DNA of 64,000 nucleotides from Eledone cirrhosa (lineage: Eukaryota): NCBI GenBank assembly GCA_964016885.1, contig OZ024742.1, forward strand, positions 111,476,001 through 111,540,000. The letters run 5' to 3'. A program made the translations under genes and the position numbers. The notes under the pieces are model-generated. The model had not been told where the DNA came from and made no database searches. It worked only from the letters and a program-made list of their open reading frames with translations. Shown piece by piece: positions 40,366 through 54,614 of this stretch (the first letter of the stretch is position 1; every line of letters begins with the position of its first letter).

Positions 40366-41529
40366 CTTTGATTCTCAGTCATTGATGTTAGTTAACTGGA
40401 AAGTCTGTTGAAATGAATATCGAGCCACTACCTGCAGCCTCAGATATTCAGGACATATCGGAGGGTTCTTACTGTTCCCAGCAAGCATGCCTATTGAAGC
40501 GTTCCAAAAAGCGTGGCGGGACCAATTTTCTTTAACCATCCCTGGAAACTCCTTGAGATAGTACCTAGTGCGTCTATGACAATCGGGACCACTTTGACTT
40601 CATGGCAGTTCCAAATCCTTTTTAACTCCCACTTTAAGTCCTGGTATCGGTTAATTTTCTCCCTCTCCTTCTCTTTCACTATCGTGTCAAATGGGCAGGC
40701 TACATTTACAATTAGGCACGATCTTTTTTCCTTGTCCAAAACCACCAGGTCAGGTCTATTGTGTTCCAGTTTCTTGTCCGTCTGTATCCTAAAATCCCAC
40801 AGCATCTTCACCTGATCGTTTTCTATCACCGACTCTGGCTTATGCTCATACGACTTCTCAGAATGTGGAAAATTGTTTACTTTGCATAGGTGCCAGTGGA
40901 TCACTCTGCCCATCACATCATGTCTCCAGCCTTTATAGTGAGTCTGGGCTAGGTGTTTACACTCGTATACAATGTGAGCCACAGTCTCCTCTCTCTCTCC
41001 ACAGATCCTACACAGTCGGCTAGCCTCCTCCTTGTAAATATGGTGTTTCACCCACTTCGTTTGAGGGCCTTTTCTTGCGCAGCCATTAGCATTCTTTCTG
41101 TAGCCTTTTTAAGGTCTCCTCTTTTCAATCAGTTCCATGTCTGTGGATCTCTAAATTCAGTTTTCTCAAAGCAGGTAATATGAAGGAATTTTTCATGAAG
41201 GTTGGTCTTCCTCATCGTTGTTATTTCCTCCCTGGACATCCCCTGGTCTATTGTCCTCTCCTTCAGTACAATTCTGAGCATAGGCTGGCAGTCACGTATT
41301 TGTGTAGGTTGTTTTTCTGCATCTGAACACATTCCTCTATGCTGATAAGACCTCTTCCACCTTCAGATCTCCTTAAGTAGAGTCTATCGACATCACTCCT
41401 CTTGTGGAACATGTTGTCGATAGTCAATAGCTTCCTAGTCTTCCTATCCATTTCTTTTTGTTCAGCAACATTCCATTTCAGAATTCCCGTACTGCACCTA
41501 ATAAAGGACACAGCTCGGGAATTTACTAG
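40366..41529 (-). mobile_element. 5'-truncated Dong-like (R4 clade) element
   Basis: EGGRGL, CRICGEREETVAHIVYEC, RHD, WDFRIQTD, NRPDL, ACPFD, PIVIDALG; (TAA)n at the 3' end. Confidence 0.92.
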
Positions 41530-41530
41530 A

Positions 41531-41868
41531 CCATCACCAACACAATAACCCAAACACAAATAAAACTGCGTCAACGATAAATCACACGAAACCTGCTTAT
41601 AGGAAGGGCCAGCGTGGAATTGATGGCCTTCATAGTACAAAGAAAAGAAATCGAGAAAGATGGGGAGAATTTTGGAACGAGCACAGTTCGCGTCCCAGTA
41701 GATTTGTTTTTGTTACAATTGTAGCAAGGCACCAACGTGAGAACCCCAAGCATAAGAGCAAAAACCAGACTACTTAAGCGGTTCCCAAAAGAAACTCCAC
41801 CGTAAATGGAAGTCGAACATCCTGACCTCCACAAGCCCCCGGGAGGTAAGTAAGCCTTTCCCCTTTAG
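41531..41868 (+). mobile_element. Diverged Tx1-like ORF1 C-terminal fragment
   Basis: Aligns with 36060-36427 (AGGGCCA..TGATGGCC, GGTTCCCAAAAGAAAC, CCGGGAGGTAAGTAA). Confidence 0.75.
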
Positions 41869-42335
41869 TGAGAGTTTCTGCAGCATCACTATGTGTATGT
41901 TTGTGTTTCTGAGATGAATGAAACCATCTCTTTTGGTAATTTAATTCGGATTAAATCGGGATTCGTCATGTTTTCATGGGGATATTCATATCCTTTTACT
42001 TGTAGGCGTTTTATATGCTCTGTGAGATTTAATATTTTGTGTGAAATGTTATATTTACATAGGATGCAACTCTGAGAACGTAAGTTTGGTGACTTATCCT
42101 GTCAGATATCGATTATATAATAGAGTGTGTATTGTATTAGTGCTTGTATGATTCGTACAATTTGTGTAACATTTTATTGCTTGTTTCCGTATTGTCTGAA
42201 TTCAAATAGAATCTTAGAAATGTGGCTTGAAGCAAATCTAGATGTCTATTACTGGAACACCTTCATTATAACTCTGCTCGGTTATTTGGGGTTAATAAAG
42301 AAAATGCACACTAGATAATTCATTTATAATTAAAA

Positions 42336-42800
42336 CATCATCATCATCATCCTCCTCATCATCATCATCATCATCATCATAATCATCGTTGTCATCATCA
42401 TCATCCTCATCATCACCATCAACATCATCTTCACCGTTCAACGTCCATTTTTCCACGGTTATACAAGTTGTCCCATTGTGAATCAAATCCAAGCCGATAG
42501 CCGTGTCTTGTCATACATGATGACTGTGTCATTGTTTCTGGCTTGGCTTCTACGGCTCGATGCCCTTCTTAACGCCAACACTATTTAGAAAGTGTACTGG
42601 GTTCCTTTATCGAGGAACCAAGTCGAACACATTTACAGTGTGGCGTGGGTGCTTTTTATCATCACATAAAGCCGACCACTTTACAGTGTGGGCTGGGGCC
42701 TTTTTATCGCAACACCAACAAGACTACTGTGGACCGGGCACATTTTGTCGTGTGACCAATGCGAACACTTTATAATGTGGATAGGATTTGTTTTGTCGTG
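42336..42800 (-). mobile_element. (GAT)n-tailed retroposon remnant with degenerate ~45-bp internal tandem repeats
   Basis: (CAT)n at 42336-42430, then CGTTCAACGTCCATT and GATGCCCTTCTTAACGCCAAC, then repeated TTTACAGTGTGG..TTTTTATC units. Confidence 0.5.
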
Positions 42801-43767
42801 GTACCAAATCAACCACATTATAGTTTCGATTGGAGGCTGGTGGGGCGTAGAGTGTAAGGACATGGATGACGTGTTGAGTGTTAGGACTTGGGTGAAGGGT
42901 GGAGTGATGTGGTAGGTTTATGGAAGATGAGGAAGGGGTGGGAAAATGGTGCACACGAGGATTATGCTTCAGCCCGGGCACATGGGAATATGCGTCTTCT
43001 GCATTACTGCATAACGCAAAGATCTCCGTTGAGAGGAGCGATGCGCAAATGAGCTTCGATACGCGTTCGTCCTTTTTTCCCAATAACATCATAGACAAAA
43101 CCCGTGGAACATTAAATAATATCTACAATATTAAAACTATGGTAGAATAAATAAAATTATATAAATGTAATGGCTTTATTGTAGTCACTGTCGATTATTA
43201 GCTTCATAGAGTTTTCGTTTACAACATAAATACATATGAATTAACACATCTCGTGTAAATATATAAAATGATCCCTACAACATCAAGACTACAAACAGAA
43301 AGAAAAATAACTACAGCAATTCCAATTAATTTTAAAAGGCAATAAAATCATTATCACATAGGAATAGGAAGGAAAGATAAAACAAATAACATAAAAAGTA
43401 AATAGCAATAAATGGAATTAGTAATTTCAAACAACAAGAAGTTCAATGAAGGGAAAATAGATGCAAATTTAACAATATATATGTAACAAAAACAAAAACA
43501 TTAAGAAAAATCTCTAAGTAAGTTTGAATGAAGTAGTAAACTAAATTCTAATTAAATAGGTTTCCATGACAAAATGTCGTTTATACGGTCGTAAACACTT
43601 CGTAACGTATCGTTTGAAGCTCTTTGAACACTAATTGTAAATCCATCATCCATACACTTACAATTATAAACACCCTCCATATACGTATATATATATATAT
43701 GTATATATATACGTGTATGTGTGTGTCTGTGTGTGTATATATATATATACATATACATATATATACA

Positions 43768-44441
<674 letters not shown>

Positions 44442-44443
44442 AG

Positions 44444-44477
<34 letters not shown>

Positions 44478-44575
44478 CATATATATATATACTCACACAC
44501 AAACACAGACATACATATATATATGTCTGTGTGTGTGTATGTGTGTTTATAAATAAGTATATATACATGTATATA

Positions 44576-45141
44576 CAGGGGCCGGAATAAATAATGGAAA
44601 CACCTAGCATCATAGCATCATAATTTTGAAATATCTATAACACCTTCAAAAGCTTGTTTATTTTTATTTCTTTGATTTATTATTAGTGTTTCTTAATTAT
44701 TAGTGTTGATGTTTCTTTTCAGATATCATCAGAAAAAGGTAATTAAAATTCATTAAAATAACAGATCTATCGGACTTTCAAAGAGGTCAAATTGTTGGTA
44801 CTCGCATGGCAGGCGCCAGCGTAGCGAAACCAGCCGAAATATTTAGTGTATCAAGAAGTACTGTCTCGAAAGTAATGACAGCCTTTGAGAAAGAGGGGAA
44901 AACCTCCTTGTCGAAACATAACTCCGGAAGAAAACCAAAATATTCAGATAGGGGCCGTCGGACTCTTACGCGAATTGTTAGAAAGGATCACAGAAGTACA
45001 GCGCCCAAAATTACTGCAGAGCTTAATGGCCACCTCGTGAATAATAAAAAATAAACAAGCTTTTGATGGTTTTATAGATATTTCCAAATTATGATGCTAT
45101 GATGCTATGATACTATATGTTTCCATTATTTTGTCCAACCC

Positions 45142-45144
<3 letters not shown>
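44576..45144 (+). mobile_element. Internally deleted Tc1-like DNA transposon
   Basis: TA-CAGGGG...CCCCTG-TA termini with ~90-100 bp TIRs. Transposase HTH fragment DLSDFQRGQIVG..AGAS...VSRSTVSKV...SGRKPK at 44758-45040; DDE domain absent. Confidence 0.9.
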
Positions 45145-45214
<70 letters not shown>

Positions 45215-45279
45215 TATACACACATGTATATACATACATACACACAAACACACACACACGCACGCATATATGTATAATT

Positions 45280-45516
<237 letters not shown>

Positions 45517-45729
45517 ACACATATATGTATATACATATACATATATATATATGTGTGTGGCTGTGTATTTATATAATAATATATGTAAATATTATTTTTC
45601 TTGCCCTCTTCTCGGTGAACCTGCCATCTTTTCACTCATTTAGGTATCCAATGGTCCCAAAGGGGAGGGACTAGGGAGAAGAAAAATAAGTTTTCTTTGC
45701 GGAGCCTTTTGAAGTTCGAGGCTTAAAGC

Positions 45730-46290
45730 AATATTAAATCCATACGTGTTACATGTTGTCAGGTGTAAAGATCTACCACTGAACTATATTAAATTTGTGG
45801 ATTGGCAGTATTGGTAGAGGGTCGGACGCCATGCTTTGACGCATAGAGTTACGGCCCTTGCCATTCTGAGTTCAAATTCCGCCGAGGTTAACTTTGCCTT
45901 TCATCCTTACGGGGTCGATAAAATAAAGTACCAGTAATACACTGAGAAATTATGGCCTTGTGCCTAACGTAGAAGCCATTAAATTTGTATGTTTTACATG
46001 TTGTAAGGTGTAAAGATCTACCACTGAACTATTGCATGTTGTGATGTTTAAAGAGATCTACCAGTAAACTATATCAAATAGATATGTTTACATGTTGCTA
46101 TGTGTAAAGATCTATTGTTAAACTATATTAAATCCACATATTTTACGTGTTGCCCAGTTTCGAGATCTACAGTTAAACTATATTAAATCTCTTTGACATA
46201 TTGCCATGTTTAAAGATCCACAGTTAAACTTTATTAAACTTATATATTTTACATATTGTCAGGTTTAAAGATCTGATTTATATGTTCTAC
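45730..46290. repeat. Degenerate ~48-bp minisatellite interrupted by a SINE
   Basis: Repeated TACATGTTG...TAAAGATCTAC...AACTATATTAAA units. Confidence 0.75.
45797..45980 (+). mobile_element. tRNA-derived SINE
   Basis: Family sequence; TSD ATTAAATTTGT at 45788 and 45978. Confidence 0.9.
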
Positions 46291-46699
46291 ATTTTGCCAA
46301 TTTTTCTGTCATTCACTATAAATGCAACCCCTTTATTTTACGTTGGGTCCATACAATCTCATCTTTCTCTCCTTTTATGGTATCTCTCTATCATTCCCTA
46401 TCTATTCCTCCCCTTTCTCTATCTCTCCACACATTTATCCCCCTACATATTTTCCCCAATTACAACTTTCCACCAGCAGCTACAACACTCAAGTCAAAAT
46501 GCTTGCCTCTTCCCTCAGTTCCACGCCGCGGGAAGCCGAGTATTGGCACTCATGCGCCGTGGGAAACAGGCGCAAGAAAGGAAAACCGACTCTAGCTGTA
46601 ACCGCTTCTTTCACTCTTCTTGCATCCAATTCACTCGGTGCGCGTCGGAATCTCAGCACCCGTGGCACTCCCCACGATGACTATCCACCTCGACAATAG

Positions 46700-49170
46700 A
46701 GGTTGCCGATGCAACGGGGGACCTGGACCAGGTCAACCCAGACGATGCCCTAGTGGCGATTTCCCGCACCAGACAGTCGTGAAGAGTCATCACACGGATC
46801 CCCAAATCTGTCTGCATTCTTGTGACCGAAGCGCTGGCGTCGTCATCGATTAAGTGGTTAAATTGTGCAGCTCACAAGACTGAACAAAACTGCTCAGTTT
46901 TGCGATCCTCACCCTCGGGATCCCGATGGCAGGGAACCAGACGGCGGCAGAAAGATGGGGCTGCACCCTGACATACAGGTTGAAGGGAAATATCGCTTCT
47001 CTATGCTCCATTCGCATGTGAGAATCTCGGGCCCTCTAATGATGCCAGCCGGTACCGACACAGCCCGTGTAGTCCAATTTATTCTGCACAAATTTTCTCA
47101 GAGAAAGATTCATCCTGAAACTAATTGAGGGTGGTGTTTTGGCTGCAGTACGTGCGCTGACCTCGAGCGACACTGTAATATGGTCCACGCCGCATGTATT
47201 ATCACCGCTTTGCCACAAACCCCCGGACAGCAAGGGATGCTTAGTGAGAACGTAGGAGCTGCCCTGAGATCCTTTCCAGGGAGCATCAGTGGCAACATGG
47301 ACGCTCTGCGCCACGGCCACCTCAGACAACATATCTAGCCGCACGCCTGCTGAGGCAGGAGCACGATTGCCTCTCACCAACACAACCCTCACCAACTCTC
47401 TTCTCTGCACCAACTTGCGCTGTCATGCTCGTGATCTTTTCATCTTAACCAGTCAGACTGCTCTGAGGATGAATATCGGAGGCGATTGTCTCATCGCAGT
47501 GAGCAACGATTTCTGACGGCGTCCAATCAAGAAAATGTGCTTGCCAGTCAAAGATGACTTATGTGAGGCGCTATGTACTGTCCAGCTAGGGATGGGAATA
47601 AAGTGCTTAGGTGAGCCTACAGCTAACGCAGATAGACATTTTATAGAGCACGCGCCTCCTTCGTCACCCAACATCCTTGTGAAGCTAGGCATAAGAAACG
47701 CCTTCAACAGCATTAGGCGGGTCATATCTGAGGTATGTCACAGACGAGTCCTTTGAAATTACCCTTTACGTCACCTTTCGTACGGAAAACCAGCATATTC
47801 ATGGCCGCTGGCAACATCTTTACTGCCGCTACGGGTATCCAGCGAACAGACCCACTCGGCCCTGTCCACTTTCCATTGGCAGTTGATGTTGTGCCCGCTG
47901 AGTCTGGTCTACTTTCAACGTTTGGCATTTGGACGACGCGCACCTGGATGGTTCGGGTGAGACGTTAGTTGAGGAACTTCGTCTAATTATACCAGTTCTA
48001 AAGCTCCTCGGACTCGAGATCAAATCATCCGAGTTAGCTCCGGAGAGGCTGAATTCTCTGCCGCCGTATTCAGAAGCCATTCTCTCTTGTGCGGGGCTCG
48101 GCTAATGCACAAGGACGACGCCTGCATTCTAGGCTCACTAATTCCCTCACAATCCATATATGAGTGCCTTGGGACTAAACACGCTAACTGGTCCTGAAGG
48201 GCAGTAACACTGTGCCTCTTCCTCTTGTGGAACTGCTTCACCTTTCCCAAATGTTTGTTCATGCTAAGCTGTGCCTCCAATCCGCTTCGGATATGGCACT
48301 ATCGGCCTACCTCTCCTCAATCTATCTCCACATGTCGTACACTTGTCAGAAACACGGCCGACCTTGATGTCTCCCCAGAACCTGTGCAGGCTTTGGTCTA
48401 CTGAACAGCCAAAGGTCTCTCTGTTCCCCAGTATTCAAGTGTCCAACCTAAGTGAGACGACATCATGTGAAGGTCTTCCTTCCGGTGGATCGTGTTTGGC
48501 TTGGATCATCACCGCCTCGCCTACATCCGATCCACTTCGCAACCAAACAGCGCTGCATGGCTCAATTCAGTGCCCTCCTCCTTAAATGATACCCTTCTTG
48601 ATGCCGAGTGCGCGCCCACCGGAGTGGCCCAATACCTTGGCTTCTGCTTGTGTAAGCAGGACAAATGCCGCTGTGGGGCTTCTGTCAAGAGGTTGGCCTG
48701 CACTCACTGTCATGCGCAGACCGGAGCCCTCGACACGCCATTCTCAACGACGTATAGAGGAGCCAGGATGTAGTTGTCTTTCCACCACAACTAGAGCCAA
48801 CAGGCTTCGACGTGGAGACGGCAAGCGCCCTCACGGAATTACCCTCTTCCCATTTGAAGGAGGTAATCCATCGGCCGGGATGCCACATGCTGTGACACGA
48901 TCTCTGTCTCCAGCTTTGTCGCTTTGGCCATAAATCCCTTTACTGCATCCCACAATGCAGAATAAAGGCAGACAAGCATATATCCGGGACTTGTCTGACC
49001 GCTACCTATATGCATCGATAACGTCCATGGACCCCGTACTGTCGAGCTCCTCCGTAAAATTGTATCGTCTGCAGCCCGTGTGAAGAAGGAACCCAACGAG
49101 GTTGGGTGGCTATTGCAGCGAAATTCGCTGGCCAGAAATGCATTTGCAGTTTTGTCTGGGTGGTTCAATC
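46700..49170 (+). mobile_element. Decayed CRE-like RT-RLE retrotransposon
   Basis: Broken motifs AAVRALTSSD, LIAVSN, QLGMGIKC, KLGIRNAFNSIRR, GIQRTDPLGP, WHLDD, RGDGKRPHGITLFPF. Confidence 0.8.
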
Positions 49171-52100
49171 ACATACACGAAAAAGACTTAAAACAAATGA
49201 ATTACGTCACAGCTTATGTAATATGCAAATCATCGGGCATCCAATAATGTTGGAAACGCTGAACAGGCGATCCATCGCATGAGATCAGACACAGAAGTAA
49301 CACCTTACAGTAAAACACGGTAACAATATGCGAACAGAAACAAAAACAGATTTACATTTAAAAAAATATATAAATGCCCAGTAAAACAAGAACTTCAAAT
49401 CGCAAATGTAATATTTATTTAACAAAGAGCTGCTTTGAGTTTGGATAATACAAATATTTGAGTAACCAAAAGCAAACGGTATACGTAGTATGTAGGAGAG
49501 AATTGATAAAACATTTCATACAGAAAATCCACAAAAGAATGATAGAAATGGCTTTGAGGAATATATCGGAATAATAAAAGTAGAAGTTAACTAATGAGTT
49601 AATCAATAGATATGAAGAAAGAAATGAAATGGCATATACAACAGTGACGGTATATCAGAGCAGAAAATATGGTGCAAGCGAACAGTTGAAAGGCACTAGG
49701 AATCCATTACGTGTGAGTCAAATCATGGAATTAATTTCTAGATGAATACCTATAGTTTGTAAACCTAAAATGGACATGTATTTTACTAAATATATAATGT
49801 GACTGGCACAGAGATCTTCATTCCTCATAATAATATTGGTATTTATGTTCTATAATTTAGGAACAATAACAGCAATATAGGATAAGGGAAAGTTGAATAA
49901 GTGAACCCTAGTTTTTGACTTCATTTTTACTTCGTAGACATCGGAATGGCTAAAGGTATCATCTACGGCTGCTGATAAGAAACATGATAATTCTGATCCG
50001 TATTGTAGTTTTTGAGGTCATTTTAGCTTTGGTTCTAGGTCTTATATTATATCGGTAGATCCATTTCTTTCCAGTTTCACAATACACTATGTAAACATAT
50101 AGACAATTTCCATTTCATGTTATTACGTAAATCAGGTATGAAAGTGCCCATAAAACATATTAACATAGATACATTTTATAACACTATTAGAATTATTTTC
50201 ATAACATCGATTTATTTCATATACTCAAATATAGCAATGTATGTATTTGTAGAGGGAAAAGAATATATATATTTATTTCAAACGACAATCCATTTTGTTT
50301 GTGATCATCCACTGGATCAAGTGCCCTGTTGAATAAATACTCACAGAAATTCAATTTCCTGTCGACATCAACGAGGTGATTCAACGATAATGATTTATTT
50401 AACAGTTAATGGTTAAGTCAGTTTATTAAAGCAATGACATGGTATAATATATCATGTTTTCTGCTCCATCATATCACGATACACTGTTTTATTTTCATTC
50501 GTGGTCTACCTTTTGTATCTTTGATTACACGACCTTGTAAATTAAATAGCTTTAGAAGGCAACGATCAAAAGTTAACGTATGTGTACACTAGGGATAATA
50601 ATAACAGAACTAGTGGATTGAAATGAAGCCTTATTAGCCATAATGAAAATATTATCTAATTACATTTTGCTAACAGTAAATGAAATTAACGGAATGAAAG
50701 GAAATTAGGTATGTTTTATAGCTTTTCATCTAGATAATTTTAGTAGCTTTACATTACACTTTCCAACAATAGTGGTTGCTAAAAATATATGTATAACTGA
50801 TTATTGAGATAATTATCCGAATGATTGAGGTTTCAAAATTGCCATATTTGACGTGTTCACGAAACCTAAGAACATACATATATATCGTTTGAACTATGTT
50901 ATATATGGCTTTACGCCGTTAATTTGAGTATTCCTATTCAGCCATATGAAATTTAAGGTGTTAGTATATAGATTGTGCTTCAAAACTGATTGCGTGTAGT
51001 TTGTAACCACCAGTTTCGATCTTCTCATTGAATCTCTTCAATATTTATATTATCAGTATGCTGATACGTGTGTTACGTGAATGGAGGAAGAGTCAACCTC
51101 AGAGAGAATAGAGCGTTGATTGGAGATATAGAAGTTTCATTTACTCATAGTTTGTTATGCGGTAGGCAGAAGAGGCAAAATGATAAAGAAAACAATCTCG
51201 ATCGGAGGAAAGGTGAGAGGCATTATTATTCAAAGATATTTATCAAACACACACGTATATATGTAATACGCTACAAACAAAAGTTGTTAATACGATGAGG
51301 TTATGCTTATGGAGATTGGTTAAAGAAGGGAGTGGATATGGTAAGTACGCGAATGTAAATACTTCGTTTAGTTCAGCTAGAATTATTCGGGAAAACGAAA
51401 AGTATTTGATGCATGCGCTTTAGTGCAATTATCTTCCGTCTGTTGAACTGAACCTTTTACAAGGAACTCCGTTGTTTTCTAAAATTAAGTTATTCAATGA
51501 CACTTAATAAATTATTGGCAAAATAATAAAAATAATAGGAATTTACTTAGTACGCTCAGTATTTAATCAGAGAGATTGGCTAAGAAATTAACTAATGTTA
51601 TATTAGAGTTGTTAATACAGATAAACAGCGGAAAGATGAACGAAAAGATATCACTAAAACGATAATAGTATCAGTTATCGAAATGATAATTAATGGTGTA
51701 ATGATTGAAATGATACAATGAGAGAATTATGTTTCAGTTTTCTACAAACAGGAAGTTTCCACGACCCATGCTATTATATATGAATGCAGTTAGTAGAATT
51801 TCTCGAGTCATTGAAAGGTTGCATTTTTGTAGGATGATAACTATCATTCTAGTACCTGTACTGCTTGCATTTAGATATTTAGCTTTTATATTATATGTAT
51901 TATACGTGACACCATGACGGGTGCACACAAAGATACACAATGACATAAAATAGTGTGCTCCATTATCTCTTATTTGAAGTCTACAGTTGTAATTCACGTT
52001 TCAGCATAACATGCACTGAAGAGAATAATATTATGACATTGTAGCTATCAGTAAATGCCACAATTTCTACTTGAGTTTCACATTCAATTCATAGTATGAA

Positions 52101-52317
52101 TTCATAGTATCTTGTTCATGAATATAGAGTTGAAATAAAGATAGTTCCCTTGAAAGCATTAACGTATGACGTAGGTCACTTAAACTGTGCCGAGTTTTTC
52201 CGGGCGCGATTAATGAGAGTGCGCGCTGAATAAATGGCTTTGGTCCCTATTCATATAAAAACATTTAAGATCATGTGGGCATAAACATTATCATTAAATA
52301 GAAAACTACATATGATG

Positions 52318-52367
<50 letters not shown>

Positions 52368-52371
<4 letters not shown>

Positions 52372-52939
52372 TAATAGGAAAATAAAATGCTGACAAATTG
52401 TTCCCAGTGAAAAATACTTTAATTAGGAATAAGTAAAAATTAGTAATAAGTATTGGTTAGTATTCAGTTTTAGTTCTAAGTTTTTACCGGTTGCGCATTT
52501 CTAATGCTTTTCAAAAATAATTTTGAGATAGAGCGTCCGTGATGTTTGCTCTAATCTGATCAGTTTTGGAAATTCTACCTGTTTTATGTGAAAAAAGTGG
52601 CTCCAGAGGTATTAAGATTTGGTTGGTTGTTGAATGTCACGTGAATGAGTACTATAAGTTTCGCGCCAATTCGTGTTGCAAAAATTCTTGTGGTCAAAAT
52701 AATTTTGATTGGTCGGTAGAGGTCACGTGAATGTTAAAAATTGATTTTGCGCCAAATGTAGGTTTGTCGAAGAGTGTCCTTTTTCGCCTGATTTAGAAGT
52801 CACTGAAAAATAAGTCTTTTAAGACAAATATGTGTGTGTGTAGTAAAGATGTTCATTGTTGTGATAATGGTCAGTAGGGATGTGTGTTTGAATTGCAGTC
52901 ATGTTGAAAGGTCAACAATTCAGGTGCATATTAAGACAA

Positions 52940-53012
<73 letters not shown>

Positions 53013-54322
53013 TGTATATGTCTCTTTGTATGTTAGTGTACGCGTGTGTATCTCACTTTATTAACAAGTACGGACCCCGTCTAAACACTTCTCCCTAAGA
53101 CGAACCCACAACATACACACATCAACATACATACCTACATCAGCATACATCCTACATACATCTCTATCCACATATAAACACAATGACATACGTAAACACA
53201 CATGTTCTATGGTGCAACACAAATATACACAAATTTGCATACCTTTTGATGTCTATAGATATAAACGTGCCGACACACACACATACATATACGCACACAT
53301 GCATTGTACACTGATGGGCACATATATATTTGTACACAAGCATTCCCATACGGCAGGGCCTAATGGATTCCACTTGCAGTACATATAATCTGGACTCACA
53401 CACGCCTTGTTGTTATGACAATACTATATATCATTTCACCCTTTTTATTATTAATGTTTTTGATGTTCTATTGAGAGAATCGTTTTTGCTGAAAATAATG
53501 TACACGATTTTTACCAGTATCACAAAAATACTGGTCCACACACACACACACATACACACGCGTACACTAACATACAAAGATATATATATACTCACATACA
53601 CACACACACTTCTCTGTATAAGACAAGAGCTTAAACATATCTTTCAACATGTTAAAATACCCCCCACACACGTACATACACATTCCCACTGACCGATCCC
53701 TCTACCACGAATTACTCTGCTAAACACACACACACACACACACATATTTGTCTTAATCGGCACCTGAATTGTTGACCTTTCAACATGACTGCAATTCACA
53801 CACACATCCCTACTGACCATTATCACAACAATGAACATCTTTACTACACACACACACATATATTTGTCTTAAAAGACTTATTTTCAGTGACTTCTCAATC
53901 AGGCGAAAAAGGACACTCTTCGACAAACCTACATTTGGCGCAAAATCAATTTTTAACATTCACGTGACCTCTACCGACCAATCAAAATTGTCTTGATTAC
54001 AAGAATTTTTGCAACACGAATTGGCGCGAAACTTATAGTACTCATTCACGTGACATTCAACAACCAACCAAATCTTAATACCTCTGGAGCCACTTTTTTC
54101 ACATAAAACAGGTAGAATTTCCAAAACTGATCAGATTAGAGCAAACATCTCGGGCGCTCTATCTCAAAATTATTTTTGAAAAGCATTAAAAATGCGCAAG
54201 CGGTAAAAACTTAAAACTAAAACTGAATACTAATCAATACTTATTACTAATGTTTACTTATTCCTAATTAAACTATTTTTCACTGGGACCAATTTGTCAG
54301 CATTTTCTTTTCCTTTTACTAA
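52368..54322. mobile_element. ~2-kb non-coding foldback element with ~580-bp inverted arms
   Basis: 52368-52943 is the reverse complement of 53742-54322 with few mismatches. Symmetry continues patchily inward. (TA)n lies on the left flank. Confidence 0.9.
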
Positions 54323-54357
54323 TATATCACAACTCGTGTATTACACCACTATTCTTT

Positions 54358-54422
<65 letters not shown>

Positions 54423-54425
<3 letters not shown>

Positions 54426-54614
54426 GGAAAAGGTTTAACCCCGATGGCAGAGCTCAAGCCGTTTCGACGGCTATTTCTGGAGTAAATAGCCGTCGAAACG
54501 GCGTGAGCTCTGCCGTCGGGGTTAAACTTTTTCCTATTAGCAACTGTACTACCCTAAGTATTGAGTACTATGGCGCGTATGGTCCACCTGGTTCCTTACC
54601 ACACCTCCTTCGTT
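54423..54614 (+). mobile_element. (TA)n-anchored hairpin element with duplicated 3' half of a hammerhead motif, plus tail
   Basis: Arms 54423-54476 and 54484-54537; GAA-ACGGC-gtgagctct-GCCGT-C-GGGG; same family as 26089. Confidence 0.75.

Noticed and set aside
42292-42492. Asp-rich acidic ORF
   Set aside because: (GAT)n tail of a retroposon remnant.
49200-52300. AT-rich unique stretch (also 54650-56200) searched for host exons
   Set aside because: No ORF with recognisable protein features or convincing splice-bounded exon; small exons cannot be excluded without RNA-seq.
54120-54305. Hammerhead-like pieces in the foldback arms (CTGATCA + hairpin; GG(A/C)C-AATTT-GTC)
   Set aside because: Core nucleotides are wrong in both arms and no stem I forms.
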